Position numbers and translations under genes: made by a program. Shown here piece by piece: positions 18,261 through 25,859 of a DNA stretch of 64,000 nt. The stretch comes from an uncultured Clostridia bacterium (GTDB lineage Bacteria; Bacillota; Clostridia; Christensenellales; CAG-314). The DNA lies in the NCBI GenBank assembly GCA_947625185.1, contig CANQNJ010000001.1, positions 8,771 through 72,770 on the forward strand, written 5' to 3'. Every line of letters starts with the position of its first letter. The first letter of the stretch is position 1. The notes below the pieces were generated by a model. That model searched no databases, was not told where the DNA came from, and worked only from the letters and a program-made list of their open reading frames with translations.

Positions 18261-19250
18261 ATGAAAATTATCTCATTCAATTCTTATAAGGGTGGTGCTT
18301 GCAGAACGACCACATGTTACAATGCTTTGCCGTATCTTGCTAAGAAACTCGGAGCAACGGCACAGCAACCAATTCTCGTATTTGATATTGATCTTGACAG
18401 TATGGGTCTAACAAGTATTTTCCGCCCCAATTATGGACGACATTCCGAACGACTTGCTTATTCTTCTCGCAATCTGTTCGTCGATGATTTTGAAGAGTTC
18501 AATGAACGTTTAAGACGCGGGTTGGTTAGTTCAGTTAGTGATAAATATTTCAATGAGAAGAATTTTCAGCGTGTCGGCAACGACCTGGGGCTGGAAGATA
18601 ATGAAAGTGTGCTTTTTTGTGGAGCAGACGAAAATGCCGGAACTATTTCGGATGATGATTTTCGCAGTTTCAAGGAGAATTCCCCGTTGCAGACGCTCAT
18701 CATGGAATTAGAATCTTTTGATGAGGGAAATCAGCCTAAGGCGATCGTATTTGACTGTGCTTCGGGCGTCCAAATGTCCACGGTCACGACGTTCTCCTTT
18801 GTGCAGTGTGCAGTTGTATGTATGAGACCATCGCTCCAATTTCGATTGGGAACATATGACTACCTTCGTAATAAAATCCCTCGTGAGATTAAGAAAGCCA
18901 AAAACAATATGCGTCGCGAAATCATTCTCCTGCCTACTTCCGTTGCCGCCAACGTGGTCTCCGAGTCCGATCCGAACTATGCACGAGCTGTGGATGAACT
19001 CGACCGTTTGCGTAGTCGTACAAAAAACAGGATTGTAGACATTGTGGAAGATATTCAAAATGTTGATGAATGCATCCTGGGCTATACGCTCAATTCGGAG
19101 ATGGCGGAAGTTGACGACTTTGGACTTCCCGAAATCGAGCGCTTTAAATGGCAAGAATTTCTTCTTTATAAGGAGGAAGCGCTTACCGAAAAAGAGAAAC
19201 TTTTGAAGAAAAAATATGAACAGCTTGCAGAAATCCTTGCAAGAGATTGA
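18261..19250 (+). CDS. ParA/MinD-like (SIMIBI) protein with a degenerate Walker A
   Basis: KIISFNSYKGGACRTTTCYNALPYLA...ILVFDIDLDS...AIVFDCASG follows the ParA layout, but KGGxGKT is replaced by KGGACRT. The ATG at 18261 is better spaced from GAGGA (18251-18255) than the ATG at 18255. Confidence 0.65.
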   Translation: MKIISFNSYKGGACRTTTCYNALPYLAKKLGATAQQPILVFDIDLDSMGLTSIFRPNYGRHSERLAYSSRNLFVDDFEEFNERLRRGLVSSVSDKYFNEKNFQRVGNDLGLEDNESVLFCGADENAGTISDDDFRSFKENSPLQTLIMELESFDEGNQPKAIVFDCASGVQMSTVTTFSFVQCAVVCMRPSLQFRLGTYDYLRNKIPREIKKAKNNMRREIILLPTSVAANVVSESDPNYARAVDELDRLRSRTKNRIVDIVEDIQNVDECILGYTLNSEMAEVDDFGLPEIERFKWQEFLLYKEEALTEKEKLLKKKYEQLAEILARD

Positions 19251-19268
19251 GTTTTGAAGGAGAAAGAA

Positions 19269-21761
19269 ATGGAACAAAAGATTACCTGGAACAATGAATC
19301 CGAGGAAATAGATTTTTCAAATGACGAGACTGTCATGCAGCTTTTTCTCGATACCGTTCCCGATCCCGTAGCGCGTGCTATCCTTTTTGGCGTCAAAATA
19401 AACCAAAAACCGAACGTTAAGTTGTGCTCGACATACATTAACAGAGGTGGTATTATACGTGTCATGCGTTCGATTGTGAACCTTGCCTATACAATTGCTT
19501 TGACACGTTGGAGGCAATTGGACGCTGCTTCGGCGGATGAAGAGAAGAGTTGGGGCTATCCTGAGCATATTCGCGATTTTAAGGAGGCACGCTATTCAAA
19601 GCTTTTTCAAAGCGCGCTAGGGGATGAGGATATTACCCTCGATCTTCAAATTTTTTCTCTAATTGAGCTTTGGGTAGGGCTCAAAAAGGCTCGAAACCTT
19701 GTAAGCGGTCGTTTTGGATTACTCTTCAATCAGGCAATCGAGGGGGATGACATTGGTCTCACACTCCAACGCGTGCGTGATTTTATCCGTAATGCATCAT
19801 TTAAGCACAATGAATTAAATCCGAAGTATCCCAAAGAGGAGTGTAACAGGCTTTGCTATAAGCTGTTGGATGCTTTTATGATATTCCGAGCGATAAAGAT
19901 TGGTTATCCCGCCGATGTTCGTCTCGATGATGATGAGGATTTTTCCATTGAATACGATCTAAACCCGAAAGAACATAAAATTCTTTATCCAAATAAGTTT
20001 TCCAATGACAAGTTCATTGTCACGGAGGACCAATTGCGTCGTATGCAAGCGAGATTGGCAGGACAAGACGATACTGTCGAATCCTCTCCGCGCATTATGC
20101 TTTATATGCTCGCTGAGACCTCTGCGTTTAACGGAGAGATACAGCATATATATCGTTCTTTTGACGGGGAAAGCGAAGCGAGGATTCGTTCCAATGAAAT
20201 AAAAAATGACGTCTTTTCTTCCGGAAAAGATGTCCTTGATAATGATGAACTTCGGGAAACACGCAAATTTTTGACTTTTAATTATAAAAACTTGCGTGAC
20301 TTTGCGCTAGTTATCAGTGACGCTCTCAAAAATATGCCCCGTAAGCGCCAAGTCCTTTTTTCCATTTGTAAGCAACGCTTTCCAATGATCGTTGCCAATG
20401 TGCAACGGTACGATGCCTCGGATATTTATTGGGACAATATCGTTACGCTTATGCTAGTGGAGATGGGTTTCAGCGATTTTTTGGAGCAGATCTTAGACGA
20501 CGAATCTATTTTCTATAATATTATGAAAAATATCGGTTGGCGTTGTAGCGGCAGAGAGAGTGTTGAGCGCCTCAACCAATATGAACGAGAGGTGGCTGCA
20601 ATTGAACAGGATGCGAAACAAAGCAAACGTTCTTTGAATGCGAAATATATCCAACTTCGCGTATGCAAAGTGCTCCAAGCGATGAAGTTCATCGGAGATA
20701 ACGATGATGGCTTGCCTAATCCCTTCGAAGAGAACCTTACATCAAAATATGATAATATCTGTAATTGCCTTAATGTTCTGAAACAATATAAGGATGAGCG
20801 GGTAAATATCCATGAGTGTACAGTCGCCAAAAGGGCTTTGATTGAAATTTTCAGCAATACGTTCTGTTTCCTTCAAATCTTTTATAAGGGACTCGACAGC
20901 TATGCGAAGAAAAAAATCGATCTTATGGAAGAAAAACCTTCTTCCGGAATGTTGATGGTTCGTGGAGAAACGACAATGGGTGAGGACGATCATCAAGAAG
21001 AGGATAGCAAGAACAGTGAACGCGAATGGATTGGGAAATACCGCAAAGAATGTTTGGGAGCATTTAAAAGGGGCGCGAGAGAACAATATGAAAAGATCAA
21101 GAAAAATACTCTCAGTCAGCTCTATGATGGTTTTTGTGCGCTCTGCGGACAGTATAATAGTTTTGCCATGAACGGAAGTTTTAATATCAGTGAAGAGGCG
21201 CGTGATCTTAAATTCCTTATTACACGGAATTACATTTGCGATGTTTCTAAATTGAAATTTTTTGCAAGCATCAAACTCGCTAATGGTGAAGAATCGGATA
21301 TATTTCGGATGCTGGAAGGATTTTCTGACAAATATTATACGGATCCTTCTTATCTTGAATGGCTCGACTATTTTCGTGATTTCTTTTTGTTCCTTATTTA
21401 TAATGAAGATTACGACCGAAAGGGGTTGTGGAACGAGGATAATGGCAAGTTGAAAGATAAGGACTGTGATCCGATTTATCCTTACGTTGTCTCCTATTAC
21501 AGTGAAAATATCGACCGCGATCAGTTGAAAAAATGCACATACCGCGTTCCGATTCCGACGGAAAATTCAAACGACGGGGAGTCGAGCATAGTTGTTACTT
21601 TACTGACAGAAGAGAACTATCGTCCTGGAACTTATTTTTGCATTCCTCTTCGCTATGGTTCGAGTGAAAGCTGGTGGATTAATCCCTTTTTGATCCCTAC
21701 GCGTGTGATTGATGACATCGCGAATGAGATCAAAACAGAAAATAAAAAAATAGTTAGGTAA
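19269..21761 (+). CDS. Large hypothetical protein (about 830 aa) with an HEPN-like RNxxxxH motif
   Basis: AAGGAG at 19257-19262 is followed 6 nt later by the ATG at 19269. There is no recognisable enzymatic domain apart from LQRVRDFIRNASFKHNEL (R-x5-H) near residue 180. Confidence 0.65.
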   Translation: MEQKITWNNESEEIDFSNDETVMQLFLDTVPDPVARAILFGVKINQKPNVKLCSTYINRGGIIRVMRSIVNLAYTIALTRWRQLDAASADEEKSWGYPEHIRDFKEARYSKLFQSALGDEDITLDLQIFSLIELWVGLKKARNLVSGRFGLLFNQAIEGDDIGLTLQRVRDFIRNASFKHNELNPKYPKEECNRLCYKLLDAFMIFRAIKIGYPADVRLDDDEDFSIEYDLNPKEHKILYPNKFSNDKFIVTEDQLRRMQARLAGQDDTVESSPRIMLYMLAETSAFNGEIQHIYRSFDGESEARIRSNEIKNDVFSSGKDVLDNDELRETRKFLTFNYKNLRDFALVISDALKNMPRKRQVLFSICKQRFPMIVANVQRYDASDIYWDNIVTLMLVEMGFSDFLEQILDDESIFYNIMKNIGWRCSGRESVERLNQYEREVAAIEQDAKQSKRSLNAKYIQLRVCKVLQAMKFIGDNDDGLPNPFEENLTSKYDNICNCLNVLKQYKDERVNIHECTVAKRALIEIFSNTFCFLQIFYKGLDSYAKKKIDLMEEKPSSGMLMVRGETTMGEDDHQEEDSKNSEREWIGKYRKECLGAFKRGAREQYEKIKKNTLSQLYDGFCALCGQYNSFAMNGSFNISEEARDLKFLITRNYICDVSKLKFFASIKLANGEESDIFRMLEGFSDKYYTDPSYLEWLDYFRDFFLFLIYNEDYDRKGLWNEDNGKLKDKDCDPIYPYVVSYYSENIDRDQLKKCTYRVPIPTENSNDGESSIVVTLLTEENYRPGTYFCIPLRYGSSESWWINPFLIPTRVIDDIANEIKTENKKIVR

Positions 21762-21768
21762 ACATAAT

Positions 21769-22587
21769 ATGAACCATATTATGATCGACGCTTACCGAGG
21801 CAACGAAAGCCGTTTAGATGATATAAAGTCTGTGAACGCCACTCTTAATGAGATTGTACTCGCATTGCATTTGAATGCCGTGATGCCGCCTTTTCTTTTA
21901 CCGTACTATTACGCAAAAGATAGTGAGGACGACGGTATCAGTGCTTTCACTATATTGGAAGGCGGACATATCACTCTTCATACTTTTCCCAAGAGGGGAT
22001 GCGTTTTTGCGGATCTCCTCTATGATGGATATTACGACGAAGCTAAATTAAAAGGAATTCTAAAAACCGCTTTCAGGTGTGTTCCGGTGCCGGACGATCC
22101 GATCCGTACGGAAAGACGGTACCTTGATACGACTATTGACGAGTCACATGTTTGGAAAGGTGGTATGTCGGGAAAGGATTTCGGACCTCATACAATCGCA
22201 AAAATAGATAATGTCGATGTTACTTTGGAAGAGATTTTTGATTTGTTAGACAATATTCCGCGCGAAATCGGCATGTTGCCTATCAGTCGTCCTTATGTTG
22301 TGAAGTCTCATCTTGAAAATCCGACTTACTTTTCAGGTATTGTGCTGATCGCGCAAAGCCATATCGCATTTCATTACAGTGTGCAGGAACGGATATTATT
22401 CTGTGACGCATTTAGTTGCTCGTTTTATAAAAGTGAAAATTTTGTGGAATTTTTGAACCGCCGTTATGGTGATTTTCTGCATATGACAATTATTCGTGGC
22501 AGCAAACATGAGCAAATGATAGACAGCCGTGAATCAAAAGTGAAACAATTGAGCGGTTGGCTTGGTAATTTTAATAAGAGAGGATGA
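21769..22587 (+). CDS. Tandem S-adenosylmethionine-decarboxylase-fold (SpeH/SpeD-like, pyruvoyl-enzyme fold) protein
   Basis: Half 1, GISAFTILEGGHITLHTFPKRGCVFADLLYDG, aligns to the SpeH core [29 protein letters not shown] but lacks the Ser and Cys. Half 2, FSGIVLIAQSHIAFHYSVQERILFCDAFSCS, keeps both Ser and Cys. Confidence 0.65.
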   Translation: MNHIMIDAYRGNESRLDDIKSVNATLNEIVLALHLNAVMPPFLLPYYYAKDSEDDGISAFTILEGGHITLHTFPKRGCVFADLLYDGYYDEAKLKGILKTAFRCVPVPDDPIRTERRYLDTTIDESHVWKGGMSGKDFGPHTIAKIDNVDVTLEEIFDLLDNIPREIGMLPISRPYVVKSHLENPTYFSGIVLIAQSHIAFHYSVQERILFCDAFSCSFYKSENFVEFLNRRYGDFLHMTIIRGSKHEQMIDSRESKVKQLSGWLGNFNKRG

Positions 22588-22590
22588 ACA

Positions 22591-23670
22591 ATGGATTGTA
22601 AGCGATTGACCCAAATAAAAGCGGGCTTGTTGTGCTATGGTGTAAATGTCGATAAAAAGGTGGGCGAAGAACTTCTACGCTCCCGTCCGTATTTCTATGA
22701 TAAGGGATTTGTACACGCCGTCAATGCCAATATAGCAGGTAGCAACGTGTGTGTCAGCGTCGCCGAATGTTTTAGCGGGGTATCGCCATATCATCTTTAT
22801 GGCAAGGACGAAGAATTTTATATAAGAACAGAAGAGGATGAAAGGATCCCAATAAAACTGTTTGACGATCTGCCTAAGACAGGTACCGTGATCGACAATT
22901 TGGCGCGTCCTCATTCTGATTACGTGATCTCAATTTGGCCGTCACTTGTATGCTGTTTTGACAGACCGGGCGCCAAGTGCAAGTTTTGCAGCATCAAGCC
23001 GACGGGTAGTCAGACAGTTGTTCCGAGCAAAGAAGTAATTGAAGGGCTCCATGCCTTGTTTGCAATCACCGATAGATATTCGATCAATATCGGTGGTGGG
23101 ACATACGGGAGTCCTGACAGAATGGCAGATTATCTTACGGAAATCATAGCCGGTATTCGTACCTTTACCCAAACACCGATTTCGGTTGAATTGGCGCCAC
23201 CCGCTGATTTATATCGTATTGAAGCGTTGCGGTCGGCGGGTGCATCCTCGCTCATTATGAATTTGGAGATTGCGGATCCTGAGTTGCGCAAGAAAATCTG
23301 TCCGGGGAAATCCTCGATATCATATGATCATTATTACAAAAGTTACCGCGTTGCAGTCAATACATTCGGCAGAGGAAATGTTTCATGTGTGTTAATTGCC
23401 GGGTTACAGCCAAATGAAAATATCGTCTCAGAGTGCGAAAAATTGACCGACATTGGTGTGATCCCCACAGTCATACCATTTAAGGCGATGGATGACTGCG
23501 AATATCACGATAGGAACAACTGTTCTCCGGAAGATCTCCTTTGGATCAGCGCGCGGGTGGGGTCGATGCTTCGCCAAAAGGAACTTTCGCCCAAAATGCA
23601 GGAGGGGTGCACGAAATGCGGTGGGTGCTCCCTCGAAACAAATTATTACGAAATGTTATTTACAGCGTGA
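22591..23670 (+). CDS. Radical-SAM-like Fe-S protein (non-canonical Cys motif)
   Basis: CCFDRPGAKCKFCS shows C-x7/8-C-x2-C instead of C-x3-C-x2-C. A GGG segment INIGGGTYGS and a TIM-barrel-like alternation are present. A C-terminal CTKCGGCS (C-x2-C-x2-C) gives a second cluster motif. Confidence 0.5.
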   Translation: MDCKRLTQIKAGLLCYGVNVDKKVGEELLRSRPYFYDKGFVHAVNANIAGSNVCVSVAECFSGVSPYHLYGKDEEFYIRTEEDERIPIKLFDDLPKTGTVIDNLARPHSDYVISIWPSLVCCFDRPGAKCKFCSIKPTGSQTVVPSKEVIEGLHALFAITDRYSINIGGGTYGSPDRMADYLTEIIAGIRTFTQTPISVELAPPADLYRIEALRSAGASSLIMNLEIADPELRKKICPGKSSISYDHYYKSYRVAVNTFGRGNVSCVLIAGLQPNENIVSECEKLTDIGVIPTVIPFKAMDDCEYHDRNNCSPEDLLWISARVGSMLRQKELSPKMQEGCTKCGGCSLETNYYEMLFTA

Positions 23671-23673
23671 ATT

Positions 23674-25767
23674 ATGATTCTTTATGATAAGCGCGCAATG
23701 AATGATGTCTCTGTCGTCGGAGGTAAGGGGCTGGGACTCGCAAAGTTGATAAATTATGGTTGTGAAGTTCCGGATTTCTTTATTGTAACGGCGGGAACGG
23801 TTTTGGATGACAAATTTGCAGTGGAACTGATGGAGTTCGCCGCAAAATTGCAGTGTGACTCGTTTTGCGTGCGTTCAAGCAGCGTGTTCGAGGATAGCGT
23901 CGATAATAGTTTTGCAGGTCAATATTTAACTATTTCGAATGTTGGCATTAAAGATTTGCTCGATGCAATCGGGAAGGTGGCGGGTTCTGCCAATACGTCG
24001 ACTGTTGAATTGTATTCTCGTCACTTTCACATGCATCCTTGTGAAATCGCGATTATTGTTCAAAAGCAGATCGCGGGGAAGTATTCCGGTGTCGTATTTA
24101 CGCGCTCATTCTCTTCCGACGAGGAGATTGTGATTGAAAGCGTGGTGGGAAGCGGGGAATTGCTCGTTAGCGGCAGGGTAATTCCATCCAAGGTTGTCGT
24201 TCGTAAGGACTCATCGTATATGGATGTACCTTACGGTTCGGAACTTGTATGTAGTGCGATTAGGCTTGAAAAGGCGGAACGCTGTCCGCTTGATATCGAA
24301 TGGACTTATTCCGATAAACTTTATTTTTTGCAGATGCGGCCGATTACCGTATACGGGGATACATTACCGGAGATTCCGAAAAGAAATTGGAATTTTTATG
24401 TCTATCGGGATTTCTGTCCGCTTGTACACTCTGTGCAAGCCTGTGCTTCCGAGAAGGAAATCCAAGAGAGGCTTTTTGGCTTTTCGGTGCCTATTGCAGA
24501 AGGGATATTGGCGAATGGCAGAGAATTTTATTCCGAAGAAAACGATATTGCCGTTACTCAGATATGGAAAAAACTCGATAAGGACGATTTTTTTAAAAGG
24601 TATATAGGTAAAATCAAGGCGCAAGTATGGCGGACAAAACGATATGCAGACTGCATAAGAGAAAATGGTCGTGTTGGGCTTACGAGTACGCAACTTTTTT
24701 CGGCTTACAGAAAAGCGATTGAAAAATATATCGAGAGTTATGTTCCGCTTATGATGAGACCTGATGATTATCTGTTGGAGACAATGCGATCGATAGTGGG
24801 TGACGAAACAGAAGAAATTTTGGATGTTTTGACGCCTGTATGGAAGAAAACATTTTATTCCGATGAAAAAGCCGATTTTTTGCGGGCGAAGATAAGAAAC
24901 GATGCCGATGCTTACATTGAAAAATATGAATGGACTTGCGCTCCGCTCGGAAAAACGGTCAATCATATGACGAAAGAGAGCGTCGAACGGCGTTTTAGCA
25001 GGTTGACGATGGAGCAGGCGGAAGAGTCGCTTTGTTGTATAGAAGAAAAAAGGAACGAACGGAGGAAAAGGTTTTTTTCCTTATTGAAAGCAGAGAATTT
25101 GCCTAATGAACTGAGGCGGTTGTTTTTGCTGATTGCCGAGTTTATCTATCTACGCACTTATACGGCGGAAAACAGTGATCGCCTATTTTTCTATATTCGT
25201 GAAAATATTCTGTCTGCAATTGCGGAGCAAACGGGTGTTTCTCTTACGGAATTGTTATATATGACTTATGATGAAATTGCAGAGATGGAAAATGGTCATA
25301 AACCGAATCGTGGGACGATCGCAAAGCGCAAATGCGGAGAACTTATTCTTTTTTTCAATGGAAATCATCGTGCCTATTATGGAAATTCCGTTGGTTCTCT
25401 CCTTGCAGAATTAATGCCGTACGAGGAAACGGAAGAGACTGTCCTTTCGGGCGATATCGCATGCTCGGGTCAAGTCTGTGGACGCGTTTGCATCGTACGT
25501 GATTTTTGTGAAGTAGAAAAGGCAAAAGAAGGCGATATCATTGTGACTTCGATGACGACGCCGGAACTTGTTACCGCGCTTGAAAAGGCTAGCGGAATTA
25601 TTACGGACGAGGGCGGTATCACTTGCCACGCCGCAATTCTCTCTCGCGAGTTTGGGGTGCCTTGTCTTGTGGGTACTAAATTCGCAACTCGTGCGCTTCG
25701 CGATGGAATGAAAGTTCGGTTGGACTGCATTCACGGAAAGGTAGAAAAATTGTCAAATGATATTTGA
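23674..25767 (+). CDS. PEP-synthase/PPDK-like kinase: N-terminal ATP-grasp (PPDK_N) plus C-terminal phosphohistidine swivel domain, with no PEP/pyruvate TIM barrel
   Basis: VGGKGLGLAKL and FCVRSSSVFEDSVDNSFAGQYLTISNV give the PPDK_N signature. IVTSMTTPELVTALEKASGIITDEGGITCHAAILSREFGVPCLVG gives the mobile domain with the catalytic His. About 350 aa of uncharacterised middle region separates them. Confidence 0.8.
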   Translation: MILYDKRAMNDVSVVGGKGLGLAKLINYGCEVPDFFIVTAGTVLDDKFAVELMEFAAKLQCDSFCVRSSSVFEDSVDNSFAGQYLTISNVGIKDLLDAIGKVAGSANTSTVELYSRHFHMHPCEIAIIVQKQIAGKYSGVVFTRSFSSDEEIVIESVVGSGELLVSGRVIPSKVVVRKDSSYMDVPYGSELVCSAIRLEKAERCPLDIEWTYSDKLYFLQMRPITVYGDTLPEIPKRNWNFYVYRDFCPLVHSVQACASEKEIQERLFGFSVPIAEGILANGREFYSEENDIAVTQIWKKLDKDDFFKRYIGKIKAQVWRTKRYADCIRENGRVGLTSTQLFSAYRKAIEKYIESYVPLMMRPDDYLLETMRSIVGDETEEILDVLTPVWKKTFYSDEKADFLRAKIRNDADAYIEKYEWTCAPLGKTVNHMTKESVERRFSRLTMEQAEESLCCIEEKRNERRKRFFSLLKAENLPNELRRLFLLIAEFIYLRTYTAENSDRLFFYIRENILSAIAEQTGVSLTELLYMTYDEIAEMENGHKPNRGTIAKRKCGELILFFNGNHRAYYGNSVGSLLAELMPYEETEETVLSGDIACSGQVCGRVCIVRDFCEVEKAKEGDIIVTSMTTPELVTALEKASGIITDEGGITCHAAILSREFGVPCLVGTKFATRALRDGMKVRLDCIHGKVEKLSNDI

Positions 25768-25859
25768 GAAGATGTGTTTGATAGGATTAGGGCACGAAAA
25801 AAATCAGACCCAATGTCAAATACTGTGCTTTAAGTATTCCCCCCCCAGCATATAATACG

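Larger units (their letters stand above)
13650..25859 (+). other. AT-rich accessory island (about 950-nt leader plus a seven-gene operon) inserted between the cad operon and murG
   Basis: Hand counts of several 60-nt lines give about 37-45% GC inside against about 45-57% outside. The seven co-directional CDSs have 1-7 nt spacers. No integrase, tRNA or direct repeats were recognised at the edges. Confidence 0.7.
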
